The position numbers and the translations under genes are program-made. DNA of 64,000 bases, taken from the human T2T-CHM13v2.0 reference genome, Homo sapiens. Within the stretch, counting starts at the first letter, position 1; each line of letters opens with the position of its first letter. The notes under the pieces are model-generated. The model searched no databases. It saw only the letters and a program-made list of their open reading frames with translations, and was not told the origin of the DNA. Below, in pieces: positions 30,761 to 48,949 of the stretch. The stretch lies in NCBI RefSeq assembly GCF_009914755.1, contig NC_060943.1. One strand, given 5' to 3'.

Positions 30761-33109
30761 TGGACTTGACCCTCTGACTCAGGCTGGGCCCGGGTGAGCT
30801 CAGGACAGCCTCGGAAACAGGCAGGCTCAGAAAAATGGAGTCCAGGAAGTCCTGGAAACCTGGCCCGGCCCCGTCTGAGCCGGCACAGGAGGGGCCTGGA
30901 GACAGGACTGCGGGACTGTGCCAAGGGCCCTGGTTCCGACAGGGAAGCCTCACCTCCTGAGCTTGTCTGGGGGGCCTTGGGGTGGGGAGGGGGGCTGTGG
31001 CCGGCTGCCTGCCGGGGCACTCACGTCCACCTAACAGGTGGGGTCGGGTCTGTAGGGGAGGGCACAGGTGGGGAAGACCAGCCCCAGCCGCAAAGCAAGC
31101 ATCCCAGGAGAGCCAGGAAAGGCTGGGGCTGGGGAGGCCTCTTACCCACCCAGGGAAGGGAGGAGCTCCTGAAGGTGATCCTTGAGCAGGTTCTATAGAA
31201 CCTATAGGCAGCTGCTTCTGGGAGCCGCTGCAGAAAAGGGGGAACACTGGTGGTGAGGCCCTGCCAGCCTGGGGGTGGGGTCTCGAATACTACTGGGCCA
31301 TAGCAACCCCCACACCCACTCTGCCCCTAGCTCCCCTGACTTCCCAAAGCCAAAGCTTCCTTCCTCCCCCATCCCCACTCCTCCAGTAGACTTCCCCTTT
31401 CCAAACCCCCTGCTGTTCCCGCCAAACACGCAGGCAGGCATACCCACCCTTGTGTCAATCCCGTACCTCCCCACGTGCCACCTGCCAGCCAAATCCCATC
31501 ACCTTCGGGATCCGTCCAGGCCCCACCCTGCCCCTCCCAGCTCACTCCTGGACTAGTGCAGTAGTCCAGCAGCTCCCGCCTGGGCACCCAGACTGCGCTT
31601 GGCTTTCCTGAGTTCCGCCCTGGCCTAGGGTCAAAACTGATGGCTGATCCTGCCCGGAGCTTCTCTGAGCAGCAGTGCCCCTCACAGTGGCCTGGTGCCC
31701 CCCAAGCACCCTTGGTCAGCTTCTCTGTCTTTGTACCAGGCTTCCAAAAACGCATGCATCTTGTGGGTGTAATATCTGCACCCCTGCACTCCAGTGGGAG
31801 CAGAAGGCAGGCACTTCATTGACGGCTGGGTCCCCGGCAATGCCCAGCACAGGCCTGGTATACAGCAGGTGCTTAATGCATATCTGTGGAAAAGGAGAAT
31901 GCAGGCCTAGGGGATCAAGCTCTGGTTCCAACAAGAGCAAGGGCAGATAATGTTTGCTCAGCATCTTGAATACTCCTGTCCTCCCCACCCCGCCGCCAAA
32001 CTATCACTACTCCCTTCTACATAAAAGGAGGCCCACCTGAGGCCCAACCCAGGCCAGGACCTCCTGCACCAGACTCTGGGTACCTGGGGGTCGGCAGGGG
32101 ACAACCCCCTCAAGGACCCTGGTGCCTGTGTAACCTCTGTTCCAGAAATGGTCTAAGCCAGGGTGGTGCCCCCCGCCCCCACAGCTCACCCTGCTGGTAT
32201 CATGTGCCTCCTCCCCACCGATCTGGGCTGCTTTTATCAGAGAGCCTGGGTGGGGGTGGTTATCGCCCCCCACAACCCTGGGGGAGCCCTCCCCATCCCA
32301 CTAGCTGGGGCACCTGCAGGCAGTTCCAGCTGCTCTCTGCACTCTGCAGGCTGGAGAGGCGGTGGGTGGGGGAGGGCAGTCCCTGGCCCCCTACCCCCCA
32401 CCCCCTATGGCCTGGCACTGCCCCACTCCGACCCTCCCCAGATAAGCTGCCAGTTCTCCCAAGCTCTGCCCACCAGCACTGCCATCCCAACCCTACAGGA
32501 GCGCATAGTTCTGCCTGGGGGTGGAGGAGAGAATGAAGTGGGGCATGGCTGCTTCCCCCTCTGGGCCTCAGTTTCCCCACCCACCTGTCCTCCTGGGGCC
32601 CTCTTCAGCAAGGGATCAGAAACCTGGCAGGCACTCAGACACTCCTCTGCACACCTCGTCCTGAGGAGTCTCCCTCCAACCCAGTGCGTAGACCAGCACG
32701 CCTCGATCCCTCCCACATCTCGTCCTGCCCTCCTCAACCCCTCTCTGATCCTAATCCCTTCTCCATAAATGGATTTGCCTCTGCAAAGCCCAGCCTGCCT
32801 CACTGCCGCCCCCAGCGTCCCCACCCTCGGGATTAAGTGCAGGGATTCACCTTGCCGAGGTGCCCCCTCCCCACCTCAAGTCCCTACCTCCACAGCAGAC
32901 CCCAGAGCCAGCACGCCCTTCCTCTCCCATTCCCTGCCCCACCCAGCCCAGTGGGCCTCAGGCTGCCTCCTCCAGGAAGCGCTTTCCGTCATCACTAGCA
33001 TCCCTGTTGCCACCCCCCACCCCGCCCCCCGCCACCACGGACACAGTTCCCTAAGTCCTGGGGCGCGGGGACTGGGATGCTGGGTGCTGGCCTGCGGCAG
33101 GGGACTTCA

Positions 33110-33330
33110 GAGTGGGATACAACTGGGGGTGACCCTGCAGCCCCCTGGGGGGCACCTGACAAGGTCTGGGGACATTTGTGATTGTCACGACTGGGGAGGG
33201 GGTGCTCCTGCCATGGAGTGCGTAGAGGCTGGGGACACTGCATAACCCCCTGCAGTGCCCAGGACAGCCCCTCCCCAGAAAACGATCAGGCCCCAAATGT
33301 CTCGGTAAGTGCGGAGGAGAGAAGCCCTGG
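33110..33330 (+). mobile_element. MER20 DNA transposon
   Basis: gtctggggacatttgtgattgtcacgactgggg...gtagaggctggggacactgc...caggacagcccc...ggccccaaatgtc follows the MER20 consensus in order. Confidence 0.75.
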
Positions 33331-35549
33331 GTGAGAAGAACCCTTCCAGGTCTGAGCCCCTCTCCTGGGGAGGGTGTCGGCAAACCCTCTGGAGGTGCAG
33401 GCTGACGGTGTGCCGGGCACTGGCATGCCGGGGGCGGGGGGGGGGCCCTCCGGGGATGCAGGGGGTTTGGAGAGCAGGGAGCCGACAGCCAGCCTCTCCT
33501 CCCGCCCCCGCCCCAACTCGCTGGCTCGCTCACTCTCCGTAACCATAGCAACGGCGTCAACATCACCCACAGCTTCCAAAGTCCTTCCCCGCCCCACGCA
33601 GGGGAGAGAGAGCCGAGAGCTGGCCGGGCTAGGATAGGGGCTGTGGGCCAGACCCAGGGGACGGGAGGTGCAGTCCTGCCGCCTGCTGCCCCCATGAAGA
33701 ACATCCCACTGCTCCCCTGGCCTCCCTGCTGCTCCCAGGGCCAAATGTGGCCGAAATCACAGGTGGGGCTCCTCCAGTGTGCCTCAGTTGGTTTATCTGT
33801 AAAAATGGGGCCAGGCCACGACTGGTGTTCCCTTTACAGAGAAGCACTCCAGGCAGGGGTGGGTGGGGGTGGAACTCGTTCTCAATGGCCCCCGGGACAG
33901 CCCTGCAGCCACCGGTGACTCGGGTTCGTCTGCGGATCTTTCCCGGCCTCCACTCCATTCAGGGACAGCCCTGCAATGGGGCTCCCTCCCAAAAAAACGC
34001 ATGGCCTTCCTGTCCCCCAAAACCAGCTTAACGGCAGCCATTCCCTCCCTCCTCCGGGGGCTGAAAAACCAGACCACCTTCCACTAAAAGAGGCCGTTTA
34101 CACAGACCCCTTGGTGGTCCTGGGGGCTGGGGAGGCCCGGAAGAGGAGCCTGGAAAGCCACAAGTATCCAAAACCCTTTGGAAACCGAATCCAAGGTGCC
34201 TGGGCCTGGGACTGCCCTCCCAGTCCCCAAATCGTTACTGTAAAGGGGGCTTTGGAATGGGACGTCAGCAGGCTCAAGGGGTGGGGGAGGGTGCCAGGAG
34301 ATCCGCCCTGCCCTCCCCCACCACACAGGGTAGACGGTGGCGCGCCATCAGCACAACTGCATCCACCCCTGGGGATGCCCGACTGGGCACCCCCAGGCCT
34401 GTTTCTTACTGCAATCCCGGGATAACAATACTGCCTTCCCAGGACTCCAAACCCATCCCTCCCCTCCCTGCTGGCTTAGGGACCGCTGCCCCAATACCCG
34501 GGGGCCTATGGAAGCGCCTCTTGGGTGCCACTCAGGGAGGTGGCCATCCCGTCCACTTAACCCAGAAACTCAGAAAACCCAAATGGAGCTCTCAGGCCAC
34601 GCCATCTGGCAAGAAAAGAATGACCTGGGTAGACAGGTGGGAGTCGCTTTCCCAACAGGCTCCCACTTCAGCCCCGTCTGTTCAGATCGCCCAACTTACC
34701 CCCAAAAAGCCAGGGCACTCCTGGACCCCTGCCCACCGCCCGGAGAGGCACCTCCCTTTCTGTTCCCAACGCTGCCTCGCCATCTTCACAGACCCCCAAT
34801 GTCCCTCCCCGCGGAGATACACGGACCCCATTGCCCTCAAAAAGAGGTAACACCCTGGGACCCCTCCGCCGAGGATGTGTGGCTCCTCGCAGAAAACGCA
34901 GACCCCACCCAAGTCCTGTCTTGACGCCCTCGGTTCCCGTCTGTGTCTCAAGGTGGGCAGAGCCTCCAGGCCCCTGGGACCAGGACAGGGACTGAGCGAG
35001 GGGTGAAAAGAGTGCAGAACAGAGAGGGGGCGGCCGGCAGGCTACACACCACCGCCCCCACCCGCCCTCCTGCTCTCCACCCTCAGGCGTCCCAGCGCGG
35101 CTCCCCATACCCCAAAGATGGACCCTCAATTCTTCCGCAAGGCATTCGCGGCCCCTGCTCATCTCAGCCCCACCACTCTGGACGGCCCACTTCCCTTCGG
35201 CTGCTCCACGTGTCCCTACAATCCGAGCCCACGGACCAAGCCTCCTTGGAGTGTCCAGCTGCCCAAAGCGGCCACCGCTATGGCTATGAAATAGAGGCAG
35301 CATCGCACTCTTGATAGAAATGAGAAAATTGAGACCCAGATCGGGTAGAGGTCTTCTGTTTGGTGGCAAGGCCAGAATGCCAAGCCCAAGGGCAGCCGCA
35401 CAGCTTTCCCCCAGCCCCCCACCCTCCCCGGAAGGGACAAGCACCTCTAATGCCCAAACCAGGGCCGGCCATCAAGGCCCACCGTCCCCTGTTGCCCAGT
35501 CCAAACTCCCAGTCCAGAAAGTGGAACCCTAGGAGGGGACGGAGTGAAA

Positions 35550-38460
35550 AAATACAGCCAGGCCCACCAGGCTCCCGGTTCCCCTCGCCGCCCCGGGGAC
35601 TGCGCTAGGAGGGGCGTTGGTGTAGCCGAAGCGCTCCAACTACGCGCACCTTCCCGAATCGCCCGCCAGGTAGGGGTGAACAAACACGCCAGGGAAATAC
35701 AGCAGTGTGGACCCGAGCCCCTCGAGGGTCCTCCAATACTATGAAGTTCCCCCGCCCAGACTCAGGCCCCAACCCGCGCTCCTAGCCTCGCCCTCCCCCT
35801 CGTTAAAATACAGAGAACGCAGAGAAAACGTGCCGGGCTCCCCCCATCCTGGCCCCACGCCAGGTGCTCTGCCGACCTCTGGGGAGAATCCGCGCGGCCA
35901 CCCCGGCGGCGGCGACGCGGTTCCTCCTCCATTTTCACAGATAAGGAAACTGAGGCTGGGGGAGGGGGAGAACCCAGAACCCCAGAGCCGGATGCTCCAA
36001 CCACGGTGCCCACCGCCCAGACCAGAACGCAAAAGAAAAAAAAAAAAACGGAACAAGGCCCAGAAAGGGAGAGAGGTGGTCTGCCCAGGAGTCTCAATCC
36101 CGCCCGCAGACCTCGCTGGGCCCCCGGAGCCCCCGCCACTGCCGCCGGGGCGGCCATCCGCTCGCCGCCCGACCGCGTGGCCGCCACGCCCCCCGCGCGC
36201 GCCCCACCCACCGAGGCCCCGCCCTGCCGGCCGGCGCGGCGGCGGCCCGGGCGCGCCCCCCTCCCCGCCCCCCACGCGCCACGCAGTTTCGGGGTCCTGG
36301 CGGGGGAGGGGTCTCAGGCGGCCGCCCCCGCAAGGGCCGGGATCGCGGCTGCACTCACCTGTGTGCGTCCGCAGGTGCGACTTTAGGTGCGAGGACTTGT
36401 AGTAGGCTTTGGCGCAGTCCGGGAAGGGACAGCGGTGGCTCTTGGCGGCGGCGGAGGGCGCGGCGCCGGGGGCGCGGCCCGAGGACGGGGACGAGGCGGC
36501 TGAGGAGGAGGAGGCGGGCGAGGCGCCCCCCGGGGCGGCTCCGGGTCCGCCGCGCAGGTCGGCCAGGATGCTGGCGGCCAGCAGGTGGGGCGCCGCGGCG
36601 GCGCCGGGGCCCGGGCCAGAAGCGGCGGGGGGCGGCGGGGGTGGCCCCGGGGTCCCGGGTGAGGCGGCCTCGCGGCGCGCCGCGCGCACATCCAGGCCGG
36701 CGGCGGGGCCCGCGCCCTCGGGGCCGGGCCGCCCGCGGTGCACCACGGCGCCCGAAGAGATGGCCATGAGCACGTCGGCGGCGAAGTAATCCACGCACGC
36801 CACGGCCGCCGACATGCCGAGCAAGGGCGCGCGGCGCGGCGGGCGGAGCGGAGGCGGCGGGAGCGGCGTCCGTCCGGCCGGCGGCGGCTGCTCGAGTGCG
36901 GGAGGCGGAGGAGGAGGAGGAGGAGGCCCGGCGCGCGCCGCCGCCGCCGCCCGCGCTCGGCCTGCCCCGCCCCGCCTGACGCGTCCTGACGCACCGGAGC
37001 CCGCGGGGGCGGCCACAGCCCGCCCCGCCCGGAGGACGCCCCCTCGGGGCGCCGCAGCCACGCCCCCCGCCCGGCGCGCCCTCCACCACTCTCCGAGCCG
37101 CGCGCGGCCGCCGGGGGCGGGGCTCGGGCCGGAGGAACCCGCCCCCCGGCGCGCCCACTCCGGCCTCCGCCAGCGCCTAGCGTCTTAGGCCCGGAGCGCG
37201 CCTTCTCCGCGCTAGGGTGCAAGGCCGGGAGCCCCGCCCCCTCCCGGCGCGCCCCACTCCAGCGCGCGCCCCCGTACCCTTTCCCGGAGCACCACCCCCT
37301 CAAGCCGGGGCGGGAGGCCGAGGACCCCGCCCCCTCTCCGGCACGCCCCTCCTTCCGAGAGCGCGCCCCGCCCCATCCCGGCACGCCCCTCCCTCCCAGA
37401 GCGCGCCCCGCCTCCTCGCTGGCGCGCCCACCCCACGCCGGGGCGCGCGGCCGGCGGGAGCCCGCCCCCTCCCCGGATGCTTCCCTCCTGGCCCCGGGCG
37501 CGCCCCCGTTCGCGATGGAGGAGGGCTCCGATCCCCACGTGGCCGGGGTTGGAGGGGTGCGGAAGCGGCCGGCCCCGCCCCCAGGCCACGTGCGCGACCC
37601 TTCCCCCCTCTTCTCCCGGCCTGGGGCCCTGCTTTGACCCCGCACTCAGGCATCTGCTCGTCCTCTTCTCTGGGGTTCCCCCTCGCCGCTCACAGAGCCC
37701 CTCGGAGCCTCCCGGCCGAGACACCCGGTATCCCGCGCCCGCGGCGGGGCCCGGGAGGGTGGGGCAAGGCTGCGTTCGTTCCTCTTTTTGCACCCAGTTC
37801 CGGAGCTACTAGAGCGCGCCCCACTGGGGGTGGGGAGGGCCGGTTGGGTCCCAGAGGGTCGGGATAGGGGGACGGGAAGAGGGGGCCGAACGCAAAGGGC
37901 TGGGCTGGGCTGGGGGCGCCTGAGCGGGTCAGAGGTTCCCCGCCCTGCTGGGACACCGGGGTCCGGGGCTTCTCTTTCCATTCCCAGGCATCGATTCTTG
38001 GGGTTCGGACGGGAAAACTGAGGCCAGGTATTCGGGCCTCCCGGCCGCGAGGACGTCCAGGCCAACTTGTTAAATATTAGGGGGGACACCAGGGACGCGG
38101 ATGGCCCAGTTCGCAGGCCCAAGGCGGCGGGGGCACAGAAACTGGGCGGCCCCCCTCGGTCGCGACCGCGCTCCCGCCCCTTCCCAGCTCCGGCGGGGCG
38201 GCGGGGACTGCGCAGTGGCCGGAGCTGCCTCCAGGGGGCGGAGCTGCTTTGGCCTGCGGCGACCTCCTGCTCTGGGTTGGGCATGGACAGAGGCCCTGAC
38301 CCGATTCGGGGCTTCTCTAGCCCCATCCCCCGCCCACCTGCAACCCCAGCTGACGCCCTGAGGCTGACCACTGTTCCCTGGGTCGCCCGCACTGCGCCTG
38401 GGCTCAACCATGCTTGGTTAAGCCAGCTGAGCCCTCCCTGGGCCCCAGTAAGCCCACTCT
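35550..38460 (-). promoter_or_regulatory. KLF16: KLF16 CpG-island promoter: many GC boxes, tandem CRE-like TGACGC (36976-36992), (GGA)n/(GCC)n runs at 36901-36950
   Basis: Very high GC and CpG content spanning exon 1. Confidence 0.88.
36359..36815 (-). CDS. KLF16: KLF16 coding exon 1: Sin3-interaction helix (AVACVDYFAADVLMAIS), Ala/Pro/Ser-rich linker and zinc finger 1
   Basis: ATG at 36815; MSAAVACVDYFAADVLMAISS...HRCPFPDCAKAYYKSSHLKSHLRTHT(G); donor CAG|GTGAGT at 36359/36358. Confidence 0.97.
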
Positions 38461-39072
38461 ACGTGGCTGGACAGAGCGGAGCCGAGAGAGAGGAGGTTCA
38501 GCGAAGTGTGGGAGGGTACAGGGTGCCCTGCACACACTTGCCCCTCTCCTAGGCCTGGGCTCCAGAGCCCTCTCTGCACCCCTACCATTCGGTGGGCGCT
38601 GGGGGTCGGCGTTCCTGCTCCTGCTGGGCCTCTGTTGTCTTTGAACTTCTAGGACGATGGGCCACTTGGGCAGGTCCCCCAGGTCCCCACCATCCCAGCA
38701 GCCCCCAGGGTCCTGGAACCCCGCATTGGCTTGTGGACAGGTGTGTCTTGAGGCCTCAGGGTCCACACCCAACCATGCGTCTTCCACTGATGTTTCCTGG
38801 GCTTAGAGCAGAACCAACCAGCCCTGCCCTCAAGGGGCTTACAGTTGTAACTGGGAGGCTAACGATGGGGGGCAGGGGTGAGCAGCCTCCAGGGGTGGGC
38901 CACATGGCCCCAGGCAGGACCTTCACTGTGAGACTCCATTGTCTGCCCACTCCAGCCATTATCAGGGTTTCAAGTGAGTGGCCTCATCTGCAGGTCATGC
39001 CAGCCACTCCACAGGCAGGAGACCCCAGGTGAGGGCACACAGCCCACACCCCACCCATGAGGCTTCTATTCA

Positions 39073-44335
<5,263 letters not shown>

Positions 44336-45411
44336 ATCCGTAAGGAAAGAGTGCACAGGGTTGTGCACTGTACTGCTGGTAACAGAAAAAACAGGGAATG
44401 GACCCCAGTATCAGCGGCGGGGTCACAGAGACCCTGAGGCTGCTGGAGAATCAGGCAGAACCGTCAGTCCTGCTGCAGAGCCTCACAGATGGGGTGGCAA
44501 AAGCAAGCTTCACAGTAAAGCCTGTGCCCCAGACATGGCCTCAATTCTCCGTGTGTTGTCACCTGTACCCACAGGCTGTTTATTCACGGATGACCTTTGC
44601 CAACCTGTGGAAGCCACCTCCGGACAGGCCTGCAGGGACCCAGGGCCGTAGCAGGAGGGACTGGACGGGCTGCGGAGGTGGCCATGAGGCCTGCAGAGGA
44701 CGCACTCAGCGGTCTGTGCCACCCATTTGAGTATCTGACGGTGTGACCCTGACCTCTCCCGGTGATCCTGATTGTCAACAAAACCCTAAAGTCCCCACCC
44801 CCCCGGGGCTGGCGCTCCTGCAGGACACTGTGGTCTGGTGATAGCCTTTATTTACATTACTGCAGGTGTTGCATTATGTGACCAAAACGCCGACCCCCAA
44901 AGCCACTCAGGGTATATTTCTGTGTTAAGGCGTTAAATCACTTACCATGGTCCAGTCCAGGGGGGCCACCACGCACGGTGGGGGGCGGGGGGGCAGCTGC
45001 AAGCTCCTGGGGGACAGAGGACAAGGTTCCACCAGCCAGGTGGGAAGGTGGGGCAGCAGCTGCCACCCTCCAACCGGAGGACACAGCGAGGTCACCCTGC
45101 TGGCCGACTGCAAGGAAGCCCCTGCGTGGGGTCCTGCAGGGAGCATCTCTGGGGTCCACGGCATCCATGCTAGGAGCTGCTTCAGGGACACCAAGGCCTC
45201 CTCCATCCTGCACAGGGTGGGCAGCAGGGGCAGGATCCGGCTGGCATTTCCTTTCCCGTGCGAATCCCCCAACCCCTGCACCCCCAGCCCCTCCTCAGCA
45301 GGACTGCAGGGCCAGGGCCGGGGATTTTATCTGCACAGAGTCGGGAGGGGACCAGGACCCCCAGGCACCCCGCTTCCTTGGCCTCCCAAAGATGATGAAA
45401 AGCTTCCATAA

Positions 45412-45750
<339 letters not shown>

Positions 45751-47499
45751 TAGTGGTGGGGTTTCAGGGCACTCTGCTAACAGCCACAGGCTTCATTCAC
45801 ATAAAGCACCCCGCCTGGGCCTGTTCCCTCCGTGAGGCTATTGGGGAGGGCGGGTCCCAGAGTCGCGCTCTTATCCTCCACGGACACACACACTGCCTGT
45901 TCTGAGCTCCACTTCCGGCTGGGTGCTGGGGAGAGAATAGGCTCTGGTCTGGCGGGAGGTGCTCGCTGTCTGGCCGGGCAGATGTGTGTCCCGGGACCTT
46001 ATTTCTGAGCCACCTGTGCTGTCGTGGCTGGGAGACGCCGAGTGCCGAGGGAGCGCGGGCCTGGCCGGGGTCTCGGCTACTTCTCTCGGTGGGGAAGCAG
46101 GGACAGTCACCCCAGCAGCCCAGAATCGTTGTGAAGATCGACGTGGCCCGTGGCCGGAGCCCGGAACCGGGAGGGAAGTGGGACCAGGGGCTTGTGCTGG
46201 CCCCTGGGCCGCTCTGATACCAGTTGGGCGCCCACTGGATGGACTCCCAGTTAACAAGGCGGCCCTGCACTCCCACCTTGATCCTGACACCCGGACTCAG
46301 AGGTGGACAGGCAGGTGCCTGCCATAGGGGAGGAAAGAGGAGGCGCCTGCTCCCAGAGGCCCCACCTCAGGTCACGGCCACCACAGGCCAAGAGGACAGA
46401 ATCACAGCCAAGCAGGGATGGTCTCCATCCTCTTCCAGAACCCCAGAGGGCCCTCAGGTCATGCAGAACAGAGCCAGCCGGGTGGGTCCCACCAGCTTGG
46501 CATTAATGGGACGACGGATGAATGCAGCCACAGCGTCATAAGAGCTTGGTCAGCCGCCCACACACACATGCTGGGACCCCACGAATGCCAGTCGGGGCTG
46601 ACAGGCCACTGGTCCCCTGGGGAGCAGCTGGAGGGTGCACAGCCCTGGGCACCGCCCCAGACCTGACCCACTGGAAGGGCCTAGCCCACATCTCAGGCAA
46701 GCCTCTGCCACACCCACAGCCATGCTCCAGCCACTGGCCCTGGGGAGGGTCTGCCCTCCCCCCGGGCTCCGGGTACCAGAGTGGGCCTAGGCCATAGGGT
46801 CACCTGGCTGGTGTCTGTCCCGTCACCCAGGGCCCCGTGCTGGGGTGTACCAGGAGCAGGTGACACAGGGTGGACCAGAGACTCAGCCCCCAGGCGCCCT
46901 ACCCGGGAGAACGCTGTTGCAGGGCTTGAACAAGTGTGTCCTGGAAAATCCACAAAATGGAGAACGGGAAGTTGGCCCTACTCCCAGGTGGCCTGGCCCC
47001 GGGCCATACCAAGTGGGAGGTGGGGAGAGCGCGCGTCCTGGAATAGAGTGCTGGCCTCCCCTGTCGCCACCCCTGCGGGGTCCTCCCGGGTCCCAAGAGC
47101 AGGGGGTGGTGGGGAGAGGCCGAGGGTGGAAGTTGGCCTGACAGCCTGGAGCCTGAAGGCCCGGACTCGGTTTACCCCATGTGAGAGGGACAGGCAGAGG
47201 GAACACAGTGTACGCTGAAGGCGTCTGGGAGCCCTGCCGAAGCCTCGGTGCTGAGTTCGCAGCAGCTTGAGAATGGGGCTGCCTGAAACCAAGGCCAGCA
47301 TCGCGCACCGTGAATATCCACAGCCCGCAGGGAGGGAGGGGCGGCCCCAAATACTTCGATTTCCAAAATCCTCTTCATCACAGTGTCTTGTGGAACTAGT
47401 ACCACATGGATCAGATGAAGTCGTCAACTATTTTAAGATGAGAATTTTATCTCAGTTTGATCTGTAAATCTAAGAATCTAAGCAATCTCAATGTTTTCA

Positions 47500-48065
47500 A
47501 AGAAGATCACGGTGGGAGAACCAGATAAACTTGCCTGCTGTTCAGGAGAAAAAAGAAACGTGCAAAATAATGCAAGGAGGAGGGGCCTCCGGACATGAGG
47601 TCAGGAAGACAATGGGGTTCTGGAAAACTGGGATAAGAGTCTAGGGACAGACCCAAATCTACTTGCCATAAAGACAGCACTTCAGTGGGGAAAAGAATGC
47701 TTTTTTGGGAAATAAAGTTGGGACAATTTGTGGAAAAAAAGTTTTGCTTCCTACCTTACTCCTTACCAGGAATACTTTCTAAAATTAGACATAAGCATTT
47801 AAATATATGGGGAAAAAAAAACCCCACTACATTTCTAGAAGAAAATCTCAAATGTTTTATGATCTTACAGCGGAGAAGATATTCCTGAGATGACACAAAA
47901 ATGCAGGAGCCGTAAAGAGAAAAAAACTAATGACCAGTAACAATTTTAGATGCTTAGCTTAAAGAAAAAAATACAAACAAAGTCAAAGACTAATGACAGA
48001 TAGAAAAAAGAAACACTTCCGGGTCAGCCGAGAAATGGTATTCAGCAATAAATGTGTCAGAGTCC

Positions 48066-48098
<33 letters not shown>

Positions 48099-48800
48099 AC
48101 TTCTACTAGACAGAAAGCGAATTTTCTTAATCTGTAAAGTGCACCTAGAAACCACCACCATCCACCCAACAGAAAAATGAGCCAAGAAGATAAAATACAA
48201 ATGGCTTTTAAATAGTCAAACGTTTATAATAAACATATTTTCCAATCTCGAAACGACTGTCAGTGGTAACAATGATCAACGTAACATAGATGTAACAGGA
48301 ACATCACGACGTTCGACTATACTTACAGGAAACACAAGCTACAGTGAAATACTATCTCACGCCTACCAGGTCTGCAAAATCCAGCTTGGGCAAGGGTGTC
48401 GCCGGCCCCCTCTTATGCTGGTGGGGGAGGGCGATTTGGTACCACCCCTTTAGGGGCCTAAATACAGCCCTCGCACTTCTGCACCAAGGAATTTAACCTA
48501 AGAAAATAGTCCGACTTGGGCAAAAAACGGTTTGTACAAGCAATAGTCAAGCTAGCATTGTTCGTTATAAAAGACAGCAAAAACCCTAAATTTCTACAGG
48601 AAAGGGGATAAAGTCTGGTGCTATAAAACTCCGTTTCCGGAGGAATCCCACCTGTATCTGAATGCATGGGGCGCTCTCCGAGCTACGTTAAGTATAAGAG
48701 CCCCAAGTAAAGTAACTGACCTTTTGCAGAAACGCACGTAGATGTTCCTGCATAGACTTTCTTTGCAGACCCGTAAGAAACGGGTTTCCCTCTGCCCCAG
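47500..48800 (+). mobile_element. Ancient degenerate LINE-1 (L1M) ORF2 3' region remnant
   Basis: A-rich, with ordered L1-like blocks: acagacccaaat, ctagaagaaaat, aacagaaaaatgagccaag, aaatacaaatggc, acagtgaaatactatctcacgcctaccag, gctggtggg, ggaatttaacctaag, gcattgttcgttataa. Confidence 0.65.
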
Positions 48801-48949
48801 GGGAGAACTGGGCCTTGGAGGTTAGGACTGGGAAAAACACATCAAGTCTTCACCAAATACCCTTTCAGGCTCCTTGAATTTTCTACTCTGTGCACCTGAA
48901 CACACTTTTGTTCTCTTGCAAGCAGTTGCTTTGCACTGGAGGCAATGAA

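Noticed and set aside
35739-37061. 440-aa ORF suggesting an extended KLF16
   Set aside because: True exon 1 plus GC-rich open frame on both sides. There is no upstream ATG, and the strong donor at 36359 removes the downstream part.
47176-47461. Possible additional minus-strand exon (tttaCAG acceptor, GG|GTAAAC donor)
   Set aside because: Weak polypyrimidine tract and donor; not distinguishable from chance without RNA data.
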